From: Octopus vulgaris | Lineage: Eukaryota | Direction: 5' to 3' | DNA length: 64,000 nt | NCBI GenBank assembly: GCA_951406725.2 | Contig: OX597820.1 | Location: forward strand, 58,218,001-58,282,000 | Shown here: in pieces, positions 25,321 to 39,129 of the stretch | Position numbering within the stretch: the first letter of the stretch is position 1 | How the letters are laid out: every line of letters begins with the position of its first letter | Translations under genes and position numbers: made by a program | Notes under the pieces: model-generated | What the model was told of the DNA's origin: nothing | What the model saw: the letters and a program-made list of their open reading frames with translations, nothing else | Database searches by the model: none

Positions 25321-25409
25321 TATAGACACACAAAGTGTGTATATTTGTGTGTGTATATTTGTGTGTGTATGTGTGTGTGCGTGTGTGTGTGTGTCAGAGT
25401 GTGTATATT

Positions 25410-25471
<62 letters not shown>

Positions 25472-25649
25472 CGTGCACTCTCGCTGTAATATTGTCGAAA
25501 TAGGGACAAGTATGGTGAATATGATCTGGATTATCCTTAATATGCGTCTGTAGGCCATTAAACAAAAAATGGATGAAGGCACTTGGCTTTAGTAACAGGA
25601 AAATTCCAAAATTTCGTGCGGGGTTTCTAGAAGAGCCACAGAGCCGTCT

Positions 25650-26100
25650 ATAGGCAGCTTTGCCAATTCGGGGACACGACCGAAAGAGAACTATTGTAAA
25701 TACAAGCAGCCGAAATAGGATTCCTCTGAAGAATCTCCCGCTTAACATTACTTGAGGAGGCGTATAGCTCGGAAATCGGGAAGTCTTTCCAGATCGAGTT
25801 GCTACTTCTCAAGTCCATCCTTTGAGGGGTCACAGCTCCGATACTACAAGCATGTGAATAGAAAGTGACAGAAGAGAATCAGAAGATAGATGCTTCCAGC
25901 CGAGCCAACCGACAGGGTACCTAAGGGTAGGCCAAGAACGAGATGGTTGTATAACATCCATAGTCTCAGTTTGTTAGGCATGAAAATCCAGCCGGAAATT
26001 GTAATGACGTTTGCTTCCGATAGGACCTTATGGTGGAGGTGCCTGAGAACTCCACGACCTTCTCCAGGAATAGTAGGCAGAGAAAACAAAATGGATGGAA
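25650..26100 (+). mobile_element. RTE-clade LINE 3' fragment
   Basis: IQAAEIGFL*RISRLTLL...SSEI and RVPKGRPRTRWLYNI...ASDRTLWWR are typical RTE C-terminal motifs. Confidence 0.8.
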
Positions 26101-26352
26101 ACTTTTGATTCCCACTTGTTTATCACCACTCACTATGTAAAACAATCACTGTTTTCGTAATTCGACTTTGCTATTATCACATGGTAGTCGGATGATGATC
26201 GAGACAATTCTAAACCGTTTTTATTTTTTTTTTTTCAGAGACAGTGATTTGATGGAAATGGCGTGTCATCGAAGTAAATGCTTTAAACTATTTAGTCCCA
26301 TTCATCGGTATTATTCTCGTATGGTCAGATTTCTCACACCATCGCGACCAGT

Positions 26353-26466
26353 AAAACATATCAAATACATATTCATCCCCACAAGATTCAATTGTCTATT
26401 GCCTTTTTTAAAATATACCAAATACATATTCATCCCCACCAGATTCAATAGTCTATTGCCTTTTTT
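26353..26466. repeat. Tandem duplication, 2 x 57 bp
   Basis: caaatacatattcatccccac.agattcaat.gtctattgcctttttt occurs twice. Confidence 0.9.
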
Positions 26467-27436
26467 CTTTCAGATATATAAACTTGTTCTAACGTTTTTA
26501 TGTACATAGGTTGGCGGCAGAATATCAGAAGCGTTGCGGACAAAATGTCTTGAGGCATTCCCTTTCCTTATTCTATATTTTAACACAATCGAATTTTTAC
26601 TCCATGAATTATCTGAGTCAACAACATAAAGCGAGTTGGATTTTATGAGACCTCTAAACATTATTAGCATCCAAATATCCATCAAGTTAAACAAAAGGCA
26701 GAAGGCACCATGAGATAATGTAGTCCTAGATGCACTACGCCTGAAAATATGATTGAGTAAACACGGATGGAACACCATAGGTCTGGTTATTCACTTTTGA
26801 TGTGAGACTAACCCACAACAATAGCAATACTGAAGTCCATTCAATCAAGTGTGACTTCTCCCAAAGATTTATGATCATAGGTGTGCCAACTTGTGACCAA
26901 CCTATCATTTTCAGGAATGGGGATTCGCCTTTTTTTTTTATTCTAGGGTGAGAGGGGTGGATCCTTCCAGCTTTAAAGTAACCAAAATGCACCATATTCA
27001 TGATCAACTTCTTAAAAATTCCATCAAATGTTTGAGAAACCAAGAGAGAAAGTAGTGATTGGAAAAAAAAATATCGACTTCTATTTCAAGCAGTTTGAGC
27101 GACCATGTAAAGACTACTTCGTTGGCTAATGTGTGTGCGTGTTATTCAATATTATTATTCATGTGTGTGGATATATGTGCAAGCGTGTGTATGTGTTGCG
27201 CGCACGTATGTGTGTTTATGTATGTATATATGTGCGTGTTTAGAGCTTGCGTTCGTATATAACTATGTGCGCCTCTCTCTCAGCTTTCTCAAAGCTAAAG
27301 ATCAACTTTTCCCAAAATTTCAGTAATATGAGATATATTACGATGAATTTGAAAGTAGTTAAGTCAACGGCTTCAGACGTTCTTATTCGAGTTCCCTTAA
27401 CAATATTAAAATGTGCACGCACACACACACACACAT

Positions 27437-27487
<51 letters not shown>

Positions 27488-27738
27488 GAGCCACACCATT
27501 CCATAACATATCACATCACACACACATACATATAACGTGCAAACAGATTAAGACGCGTTTACGAGTGTAAATATGTATGTATACGTATATGATAAATATA
27601 TGTGTTGCGTATGTACACTAAAGTTCATACACATATAGCCAAATAAGAAAACTATATATATACGTGTGTGTGTGTGTTTCCTGTTTTGGTGTATGTATTT
27701 TAGCTTGTATGTATATATAAATATATGTGCGCACGCGA

Positions 27739-27774
<36 letters not shown>

Positions 27775-28487
27775 ACACACATACAATTATATGTGTATGT
27801 GTTTGTGCGCCTGCGTGCGTGTGCGTGTATGAGGAGATGCACACATATGCACGCGCGCGCACACACACATATACAACTAGCGACTGGGAGTGGAAAGCTA
27901 CCAATGAATTAATAATTAGTTATTCTAACCAACGACATGTGCTTCGAAATGTGACTGTCCTAATATAATTGATTCACAACACCAGCAACTAAGTCATAAA
28001 GAATAAGTGTTCGCATGCGTGCGTATTTGGTTGCTTTGTGGTTAAGTTCGCTTCTCAATCATTAAGGTCCAGTGTTCGCTTCGCGCTTCATGGTATTTTA
28101 GACAAGTGTTTTCTACCAAAGCTTGCGTAGATCCAAACCTTGAGTCGAACTACAGAAGACGAAAAATATACGGAAGATCGTTGAATAGAGCACTTGTAAT
28201 TCACTGGGATAATCTTGTTACGCTGATTCTGCCTAACGATTATATTAAAGGTGCAAATGACTGAGGAATATTCAACCATTTAGATTGAGTCGACTGTTGA
28301 GTCGGTTTGAGCAACTCGAACACCCAATTTCAAGCGTGGGATGATAATTTCAGTTATTTATTTATTTAAACCTTTGTGTTATTTTTTGCTGAAATATACT
28401 GCTTTTGTTTCAATTAATTTTCAAAATAATGAAGAATTTAGTAAAAATACTTCCCTTATTATTTAGACTGATGTGTTTGCAACAGAT

Positions 28488-28702
28488 CAGTGGTTCTCAA
28501 CCGTTTTTCCCCTATGGACCCCTTTGATCCATGTTTTACTCAGATGGGTTTCCATACCCATTCAAGGTTTAAAATATCCTATTATATTTTTACAATTAAA
28601 TATACTTTTAGGAACTGTATAAAAAATATTTGATGTATTGTAGAAGCATAACCAATTTATTGCATATAAATTTTAACAATGGACCCTGGTGGATAACCAA
28701 TG
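28488..28702. mobile_element. Degenerate hAT (Charlie-type) MITE
   Basis: Left end cagtggttctcaacc, decayed right end ggtggataaccaatg, internal ggaccc motifs. No clear TSD. Confidence 0.55.
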
Positions 28703-28907
28703 AATGGACGCTTTGAAAATAAGAAGATTGGATCATGGAGCCGATGGAGATTTCAGGTGGGTAGATATTAAAACGTTTAATCAATTTAAACGTTCGTGTT
28801 AAATTTGGTAAGTCATGACAGACTGGCGAAGGTGTACAATAGCACTTATACAAGAGAATAAACTAAAACAAAAATATAACAACCAGAGAGAATAAAAACA
28901 GAAAGAG

Positions 28908-28955
<48 letters not shown>

Positions 28956-30097
28956 GATAATTAACAGTTACATGTTTTTGTTGTTATTTCTTTTGGCAGT
29001 CTCCATGAATACGAAAATCTAATTTACGTTTGGTGGAACTTTGATAAATGAATAGCGCCCTCCAAACCTTAGTAACCTTTTAAAGACTATTTTAATAATA
29101 TCTTTTCTCTCAGACAGGGAATTTTTGCATTGGAACACATAATGCCATATGATTTCTGTATCGTCTCTATAAGAGCATAAAAATGATTTCATATAAGCGG
29201 TTCGTGATAGAATAATAGTTGAAAAGCAATATGGCCTGCTGTTTGAAGCCAACAAAGTCTTTGTTAAGCTTGCTCAGAATCTGGTACGCTTGATACATTG
29301 GGTAGGACTGACTGGGATAATGGGGGGATTAAAGTTCCATAATTTATCTCTTCATTCTTCTTTTATGCTTGTTTCTCTATGCTGCAAACCAATAGAAGTG
29401 TGTGTGTGTGTACACATGCTTTTCTTTCTCGCCAGGTATTTTTACTGCTCTTACTACTCTATTACTCATCGTCATTGTTATTGCTCTTGTATAGCCCTAG
29501 GTCAGATCTGATAGACAAGACTTTATTACCTTTGCCGTTCCAGCCTTGCTCAACCTGTCTTTTTTTATTATCATTATTCAGACTTAGCCTATCCATAGGA
29601 CTGCATTATCCAGTATGTTCATAAATTTCCAGAATAGCAAAGGAGATTTGGCTGCTATTTCTAGTTATTGTTTCTTCTGATTCTGTTCATGGTATTGTTG
29701 GTAAAGCGATTATTGTTGTTGCTGCTGCTGTTGTAGAGTAATGTTGGTGATAGAGATGGTGGTAGTGATTCTACTGTTCTTTAGCATCAGGTCAATTCTG
29801 ATCGACCAGACCTGTACGTCAAAGGTATTTCAATCTATAACATCAAGGTTATATTTAAGATGCATTGCATAACGTTTCTTAATCTATTTCAACTGGAATA
29901 TAAATTGAGAAGTTCTGACTGCTTTGTCTAGCAGGTCGGATGACCACTTATAGTCTTTCTTGCTGTTTTAGAATTGTGGTGTAGTCGTCGTCAAATTGTA
30001 ACGTGGAAAATCTAGAAATTGCTCTTAATGTTATATAACTGATGTGTCTAGCAATTGCTTGCAGCAGCAGCAGTTGTAGCATCGTTGTATTATGAAA

Positions 30098-32166
30098 GAC
30101 AAGAAGGCGTATTAGTTTGACGCTCGGGAAAGTGAGAAAGTCTTTTACGTTTCGAGCCTACGCTCTTCAACAGAAAGGAATACGAGGAAATAAACAAAGA
30201 AAGAATAAAAGAACTTGTGGATTTAGCGATCAATCACGGCAACTGGTTGGGGAAAAAAATTGACAGAAGAGCTAGGAAGAAGGGGAGATAATAAAGTAAT
30301 GGTGATCCCAAAACGAAGGTATGCGTGCGTGTGTGTATGTGGGAGTGTGTAAGTGTGTAAGTGTGTGTGTGTGTGTGGATAGGAGCTAGTGATTTGGACA
30401 TGTGGATATGTGTGTGTGGATGTTGGTGTATGGGTGTGGTGATGATGGTGTGTGGGTGTACAGATAATATTGTGTGGTGTGGGTGTTAGAAAGTGCTCAG
30501 TGCTAGTGTGTGTGTAGAGTGGTGCAGGGTGGTGGGATGATGTAGTGTGGTGATGTGGTGGTGTGTAGTGTAGTGTGGAAGTGTGGGAGTGTGTGGGAAG
30601 ATATGGGGTGGGGTGAGGATGTTGGTGTAAGGGTAGAGGTGGGGTATGTGGGAAGGGGATGTGTAAGTGTGGGATGTGGTTGGAGGGGATATCAATAAAG
30701 TGAAAAGGTGGGTAAGAGGGAAAAGACGAAGTAGCTGACCGAGCAAGAGAGGAGAGGAGAGATGGTAGGAGTAAAGAGAGTAAGTAGATGTCAAAGGAAA
30801 AGAGGAGAGGAGGAGAGTCAGATGAAGAGGGGGGAGTTGAGCCCATATGGCACAAAGTAGCGAAGAGAGAAGATTAAATCTTGTTCACGGCGAAGGCGGT
30901 AATCCGCATGGCCCCTATGCAAAGACAGTCCGAACACAGACAGGTGTTGTAAATGAATGACCAATAGAGCGGAACTGGCGAGAGATCGGGGTGTCGTTGC
31001 CGAGTTTGATTTCTCAGAGGTGTTCCGCGAACCGGTCAGCCAAGTGGCGTCCCATTTAACAGATGTACAGAGAAGGGAAGAAAGAGCAGGAGATGCAGTA
31101 AATGACGTTGCTAGAATTACAGGTAAAGGAGTCAGTGATATAATAGGGACGCTGATGAGTCCCTGTGAGGATGTTGGTATGGGAGAGGTAGCAGCAAGTG
31201 CGGCAGTGTGGGCGAAGCAGGGGTACGAGCCAGGTTGGGAGGTGGGGTTAAGAAAGAAACTGTGGACCAGGAGTTCACGTAGGTTGTGGGAAGGAGTAAG
31301 TTGGGGAAGATGTTCGAAGTGGAGGGGTCGGAATAGAGTCGCCAGAAAGCTTGGAGAATGGTGCATTGGAAAAATAGGATGGAGGGGTGCTAGGTGATGG
31401 GAAACGGAAGACGGGAAACGGCGGGGTGGGACGGGAAGAGAGAGAGCAGAGGCACGGGCCACAGAACATGCTCTGGCAAGAGCTGTGTAGATAGTGGTGG
31501 TGAGGGGATATCCACGAAGGCTGAAGTGGCGTGCCATGAGTTGAGACTGAGTCTCAAAGTCATGGTTGTCACTGCAGAGCCTGTGCAGACGGAGGAAGTG
31601 GGAGTAGGGGATGAAGAGCTTGGTGTGGGTAGGGTGGAAAGAGAAGAAGTTGAGGTATGAGCGTGAGTTGGTGTGACTGGATGGAAGTAGTGAGAGCGGA
31701 GTTATGTATGTCGACCGAAATGTCGAGAAGGGCGACGGAGGTTTTGGAAATAGTGCAGAAGAATTCGAGGGCAGGATGGAAGGATTGGACAAAAGAGAGG
31801 AAGCAGTTTAGTTGCTCACGGGAGAGTGAGTTCACACCGATAAAGTCATCAATATAACGACTGTATAGTTCGTGAATGGGACCAGTGAATCTTGAAAATA
31901 TTTGGACCTCAACGTAGCCAAGGAACAGGTTTGCATAGCTGGTGCCCATTTTCGTTCCCATGGCCACTCCAGAGATTTGTTGGTAAAGGTTCCCCCGCGA
32001 ATGAGAAGCAGTTCAGAGAGAGAACAAGTTCGGCCAGACAAAGAAATGTAGAGGTGTCAGGTTGGGGGTGTGGTCGAAGGCCTAGAAAGTGCTTGATGGC
32101 AAGAAGTCCTTCGTTGTGTGGGGTCTGCATATATAGACTCCGGATATCACCGTATATAGACTCTTG

Positions 32167-32168
<2 letters not shown>
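30098..32168 (-). mobile_element. 5'-truncated, degenerate Penelope-like retroelement (RT, GIY-YIG, long low-complexity 3' region, pLTR)
   Basis: AMGTKMGTSYANLFLG...SRYIDDFIG (RT); FTCNSSNVIYCISC...LYIC*MGRHLADRFAEH (GIY-YIG); REQDLIFSL...PYGLN end; HHR-like terminus at 30142-30177. Abuts (TA)n. Confidence 0.92.
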
Positions 32169-32217
<49 letters not shown>

Positions 32218-32409
32218 ATGTGCGATAGAGGTGGTATTAGATTAAAATAGCTATCTGTGTAACACACTTAATGCAAATTCATCAGAAAATGTAAATTAAC
32301 TGCGATATTCGTCCGGGGATATAATACATACATGCATGTGTAACTATGACTGGAACAAATAAAAGAATAAAAGAATAAAGATATAAATATCCTTTATATA
32401 TATATATAT

Positions 32410-32479
<70 letters not shown>

Positions 32480-32945
32480 TGAGAGTTAACTGTGAATTTA
32501 AGTTGCACATTGAAGCTAGTTCAAATAGCCAGGCTGTTTGAATAAGCCTTGGGAGGCGAAACTTCAATTCCTAGTCAGCACTTAGATAAATTAAACTAAC
32601 TAATATTGATTCCTGTCATCGGTAAATGTTCGTTGATATTTATCACTTATCAACTCTAACAAAAGTTACACGCACACACACACATACACACGTATTGGAA
32701 AGGAGTGTAGTCGGATAACTTGATTCCACTTCTACAACACACAAAAATATATACTTATATACATAGATTTATGCATGCATACATACATACATACATACAT
32801 ACATACATACATACATACATACATACATACATACATACACGCTGTTCTGATATACATACTTATGCAGATGCATATATAAATACGTATATATACATACATA
32901 CATATATATATACATATATACATATATATATATATATGCATATAT

Positions 32946-32988
<43 letters not shown>

Positions 32989-33897
32989 ATATATGCATAT
33001 ATGTATATATATATATGTATATACATATATACATATATACATATATATATACATATATATACATATATATATACGTACACATATATATACATATACATAT
33101 ATATATATACACACACACATATATATATATACATACATACATACATACATACATACGTATGTATGTATGTATGTATGTATGTATGTATGTATATACATAT
33201 ATACATTAAAGAGAGAGAAAGGAAGAGAGAAATTTAAAAAAACTGTGGCATATACAGAAGGTTTCAACTTTATTAAATATTTATTCAAAGGGCGGGGAAG
33301 GATTGTCAGAAACGATACAGAATCTCTCTGATAATGCTTTTCGGGATTTCATTCCTTTCCGTTACATTTTAAGGTTCAAATCCCGTTAGGGTCAAATTTG
33401 TCTTTCATCTTTCAAGTGGCTATGTACTAAAGTCGATTGCATTTAGCATAACCTTCCGTCAAAAATCTTTGGTTTTGGCGCCACTATAAGAAATCTTTAT
33501 TTACTCACAACATTGAATTTCTTGCAAACAAGTTAGTTATATACGTACATACATGTATATATGTCGTTATATGGGTATGTAAGTGGGTGTATAAATATAT
33601 AATTTACATGAATTACACATATGAATTTATAAATGGATACGTATTTATGCGTATGTGTGTGTGTACGTATACACACATATTCATACAAATAGATTATATA
33701 AGTATATCCAAAAATGTGTGTGTGAACATATATTTACGCACACGTACATACACACACGCACACAAACATATATATATATATATATATATATATAACATAG
33801 CGGTTAGGCAAAAGATTCCGATAGAATAAGTATCAGGCTTACAAAGAATAAGTCCTGGAGTCGATTTCTTCGACCAAAAGGTGGCGCATGAAAATAT

Positions 33898-34048
33898 AAA
33901 TTATTTACATTATTTACATTCGACGGATATTTGTCGTCGTCTTGTTTGTTGTTAACACAATGTTTCGGCTGATATACCCTCCAGCCTTCTTCAGGTGTCT
34001 TGGGGAAATTTTGAACCTGGGTTCTCATTCCTAAGGTATTTTTCGATC

Positions 34049-34088
<40 letters not shown>

Positions 34089-34183
34089 GATCATTATTAT
34101 TATTGTTCCACTACGCCAAATGCCCACGGGCATATGGCGTAGTGGTTAAGAACGCGGGTTCGATTCCAAGCAGTGACCTGGAC

Positions 34184-34251
<68 letters not shown>

Positions 34252-34326
34252 CAACAACAACAACGAAAAATACCTTAGGAAGGAGAACCCAGGTTCAAAA
34301 TTTCCCCAAGACACCTGAAGAAGGCT
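33898..34326. mobile_element. Head-to-head dimer of a tRNA-head/(AAT)n/hammerhead element
   Basis: Central hairpin at 34108-34145. Plus arm: A box tggcgtagtgg, B box ggttcgattcc, (AAT)n, then cgaaaaataccttagg...gacacctgaagaaggct. The minus arm holds the complete HHR at 33954-33999. Confidence 0.8.
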
Positions 34327-34570
34327 TGAGTTCAAATTCCGCTGAGGTCGACTTTGCCTTTCGGGGTCGATAAATTAAGGACCAGTTACGCACTGGGGTC
34401 GATGTAATCGACTTAATCCGTTTGTCTGTTCTTGTTTGTTCCCTCTGTGTTTATCCCCTTGTGGGTAGTAAAGAAATAGATAAATTAAGGACCAGTTGCG
34501 TACTGGAGTTGAGCTAATCGACTGGCCCTCTCCCCCAAAATTTCGTGCTTTGTGCCAAGAGTAGACAAAA
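34327..34570 (+). mobile_element. SINE family B, 5'-truncated, with internal reiteration
   Basis: The body is followed by a second aaattaaggaccagtt unit after the tail. Confidence 0.8.
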
Positions 34571-34621
34571 ATATTTATATTTTCGTTAAATATATATGTG
34601 TGTGTGTGTATGTATATATTG

Positions 34622-34680
<59 letters not shown>

Positions 34681-35550
34681 CTGTGTCTGTGTGTGTGTGT
34701 GTATGTGTATGATAGTTTGAGAAGGCTGTACCGTTAAATTACAGGACGAGTCCATTCAGCTGGATTTCACATTTTCTCTCAAGCCGATTTTACTTAAAAA
34801 GTACAAACCTAGCCGAAGCTGTATAAAAATTGCCTTTTACTCAAGATACCACTCATATGTATCTAGAAATAAACACATGTCTATGAAATTATATTTGTCC
34901 AAATCGAAACCTGGGCCTCGTGTTTCCGATGCAAACTTCTTAACCATTCGACTATACTGTGCCTATACAGTGTATAAAAGACTCCATCATCCTGCATATA
35001 ATTATGTATTTATTTATTTATTTATTTGTACTTTTGTGTCTGGTCGAGAGCAGATTTAACTTGTAATTGCTATCGACCGCGTGTCAGTCACAAAACTATT
35101 ATTTTATAATCACCAATGATCACCTGTTGTAAGTATAGAAGCCTGCACCGCTCAATCAACATATTGATTCGTATTGATGAGTTCAACTTCTTCTACTGGA
35201 TAAGTTACCATCCGTAGATTAACGCGTTTTATTCAAGGAACAACGTTCTTATCTGCTGAATCTCAAAAAAAGATTGTAATTTCCAAATTTTAAACACCTT
35301 GTCAGTGAACGTAGGGCTTCATCAAGAGGCAGGCAAAGACAAGAAACATAGTTTAGATATTGTTCAACAACACTACTAAACCAGGCAAATATCGCTACAC
35401 AGTGTAAAACTATTTTTATATGTTGCATTTAAGCAAATTACATTTTAAACAAGGTTAGAATGCTCACTACAGGAACAGAAATTTGGAGCAAAAATCTCAT
35501 AGCCAATTAGGCGATTCTCATATAATATTGCACCCCTTTATGCATGCACA

Positions 35551-35617
<67 letters not shown>

Positions 35618-35989
35618 ATATTTACTTACATATGTATGTATGCATTTATGTATATCTCGGTTTCAATTACCAATCGTGGTAATGGCGTCCGTTAGATTAA
35701 TGGCAATGGTCGCCAGACACATCTATTTACAGAGTAATATACAACATATAGAAACAAACTTCAGGATTTTCGTGAAAGACGGGACGAAATAAATATGCAT
35801 AACACATCATAAAATCAAATGAAACCACACGCTTGGTTAACAAAATCGGATTAAATGCCATAAACCCATTAATTTGACAAAAATTTTAATGAGTAGTTAT
35901 AATTTTTTCTTGTGACTTGATCAGTCTAAATGAATTTCACGTACACGCACATATCCACATCCACACAAATACCGGTGCGCACGCACGCA

Positions 35990-36052
<63 letters not shown>

Positions 36053-36310
36053 ACACATACACACACACACACACACATATATAGTAGAGGTACAAACATC
36101 CCCTATTGGCAGACAACTCTCAAATGTAACAATGTAGATATTCTAGTTTATTTTACTTTATTTTATTTCATTCCATTTCCTTGGAAACTTTGAAGGCTTT
36201 CTGTAACTGTATTAAGAAAACCTCCGTCATCTCTTCTGACTAACTTTATTGTTATTGCTAATATACTATTCTGTATGCTACTACAAACGTTATCATCTTA
36301 TATGTATGCA

Positions 36311-36380
<70 letters not shown>

Positions 36381-36871
36381 TGCGTGCATGCGTGTGTGTG
36401 TGTGTGTGTTATTATGAGATACTTTGCAGTATCTGAGCCGGTTCTCTGTTCTGATGGTAACGCTTACAACAACTTGATGCCAAGTTTGTATCGACATTAC
36501 GTTTCCTTCTCCGCTTGAATGGTGAAAAAAGCTCGAATTAACCAATCAACTAGCTTCGGCTTTTGTGGATTCGACAATTGTTCCCAAATCACTGAGACAA
36601 AGGTGATCACTTGTATATGAATATGAATAATATAAACGTCATCAGGTTACGCCGACCTTATTTACATAGCGATGTAAAGTTGGTCGTATGCATTAATTAA
36701 CTGGAACAGTGACACGCCATCTATGAGGCTAAAATAAACTATGGGATGCAAACAATATTATAGTCATGTTTATAAAACATATGTTTAGCGCTGTTGTGAA
36801 AATAACCCCCGTGATTAAACAACAGTGCTTCATATATGCTGTGACAGCCCTCCAGTTTATACATATATGCG

Positions 36872-36903
<32 letters not shown>

Positions 36904-36974
36904 TGTATGTATGTATAGATATACGTGTATGTAGATACATGTATATGTGTATGTACATAAATACATATATGTAT

Positions 36975-37515
36975 ATTTTCTTTTTCTCTTGGCCACCTGC
37001 TTGGTAGCAAGGTTGTGGCAGACAGCAACTTGTTTTGTTCCTCACCCTTTAAATCTTAAGGTCTTACAGATTTTTACTGTCCCAGATATCGCGATCATTT
37101 GCAGCGTATGAATTAAGGAGTTACATTCCCCACCCAACATTCCAAGTTCAGCCATACTTTGCGTGTTAGTATGTATATCATGTTGCTCAAATAATTATAG
37201 ATATGAAACTGGTTTGGGTACTGGATCTGCAATCTTCTTATCAATGGTCTATAAATGTTCTCTTTCTCTTGACCACCTTGGTATCCAGAGGATAGCTGAT
37301 TTCCATAACATAGCATATATTTTTATGGTCCCACACAACAATATATAACCGATTGTGTTGAAACGTAATGGCTGTTTTGATGATTTAAGTACCACCAGTA
37401 TTCTTTTTGACTCATAGGTCTCAATGTCGTCAACTTTGTTAGCTGATATATAACGCCTCTGCATATTTACTTCTTTTTACAATATAGCAAAGTGCTCAAG
37501 AATTCCATATTGCAT
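36975..37515 (-). mobile_element. Old RLE-type LINE 3' fragment
   Basis: Minus strand KEYWWY... and LQMIAISGTVKICKTL (compare Q..A.LGT..I.R). Confidence 0.55.
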
Positions 37516-37845
37516 AATAATAATAAAAACATAACTTACTACGTATGCAAAAGGATGTTAACAACCATTTTCTCAGCGATGAATACACATGAGCTTAAAA
37601 GATTTGTAGGTATGATGCAAATTTATAAATATATTTATTTTAGAGTATATATCCCAGCAATCTTTGTGTAAAAATATATCGGTCATGTTAAAGAGAGCGG
37701 AGCAAGCCTGGTATTTATTACAACTGATTGTTGAATATACTATTTTTTTCCATTTTCTCGTTAGTATAACTAATACTATAAATATTGAATCGATTCCACG
37801 TTCCAGTGAGTGGACTAGTATTAATATCATGGAGAACCAACTTAC

Positions 37846-37937
37846 CTTAACGTCTATATCTCCTCTAAGTTCAATAAAAAATCCACCAATTTCGTCCAAT
37901 AGTTGCTTCGTCATTGCTGAACAATGGATCTTTAAAG
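37846..37937 (-). CDS. Exon (92 bp) of a receptor-type guanylyl cyclase, C-terminal part of the catalytic domain
   Basis: atttttcccttccag|...aag|gtaagt. Encodes (A)LKIHCSAMTKQLLDEIGGFFIELRGDIDVK, and its phase matches the upstream exon. Confidence 0.93.
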
Positions 37938-37956
37938 CTGGAAGGGAAAAATATTA

Positions 37957-38034
<78 letters not shown>

Positions 38035-38214
38035 TGGTGGTTGTTGTTGTCGTCGTCATTCCGCTGAGGTCGACTTTGTTTTTCATCCTTTCGTTTTTCG
38101 TGGTCGATACATTAAGTACCAGTCTGGGGTCGATGTGATCGACTATACCCCTTCCTCAAATTTTAGGCCTTGTGCCTATAGTAGACAGGATTAGGATTAT
38201 TGTTGTTGTTGTTG

Positions 38215-39078
38215 TTTACTTGTTGCTTTGTTTTATACGAGCTGTTCAACGTCTCGCCCAGAGACCTCAAGTAACACCAAGTTGGACGTTTTACTATGGT
38301 CGTTATTTATGATTAACATGAGATATAGACCGGAATCTGAGAACTAAGACTCTGTTAAATTTGTAGTACTTCAGTTTTGAATCAGTTTTCAGAGAATCAA
38401 GTAGTTTCAAGTTCTCAGCGTTTTTCTAAGGATATGAGCAGTACCCATGAAAACAATATTTTTGTAGCGCTAACACCTTGGGTTTCCTGGTACTTGGCCA
38501 TAGTATTTAAGAGCACCATTTAAAATTGACCTCAAAACTCCGATGATCACTGTTGTTGTTCTTAGATGGTACTTTTTTAAGACTCCTGTTTCAAGGTCCT
38601 TATATCTATTTAACTTTTCGAATGTTTTCACAAAGTATTGCAGTTAACTGGGAATGGCATATCTATAAGCAGAGATGTCAACGTGAATTTTTACCACAAT
38701 ATCTGGTCTAATGACCTGTAGAGCCAATCGATCATTTTGATAACTAAAGTCTCAAAGAATGGTGATATCTTTACTTTCTACTAAGTTGGCAGGCTTATGT
38801 AACCACCAGTTCTTCTCATATTGGAGTCCAAACTCATGGTATATAATCCAGTGGACATACTGGCCACGACTATCGTGGCGATTAATGTATTCATTTGACG
38901 CTAACATAAAGCATCCAGAGATGGGGTAGTCAATTATTTCTCTGACTGCACCACAGAAACGGCAGGCAAGATCAGTATCATTTTTAGAATGCTTCTTAGG
39001 TAGTTTCTTGTGGGAAGACACTGACCCTGAGCTGCTATAATGAAGCCTTCTGTCTCTGATTGAAGTCGAGATGCAATC

Positions 39079-39080
<2 letters not shown>
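38215..39080 (-). mobile_element. Dong/R4-like LINE 3' portion (CCHC and RLE) inside the cyclase intron
   Basis: CRFCGAVREIIDYPISGC..LASNEYINRHD..GQYVHW...WWLHKP. Its 5' junction is a (TTA)n tract. Confidence 0.85.
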
Positions 39081-39128
<48 letters not shown>

Positions 39129-39129
39129 A

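Noticed and set aside
26470-27043. Two 102-aa minus-strand ORFs
   Set aside because: No identifiable domain; the region looks like decayed repeat.
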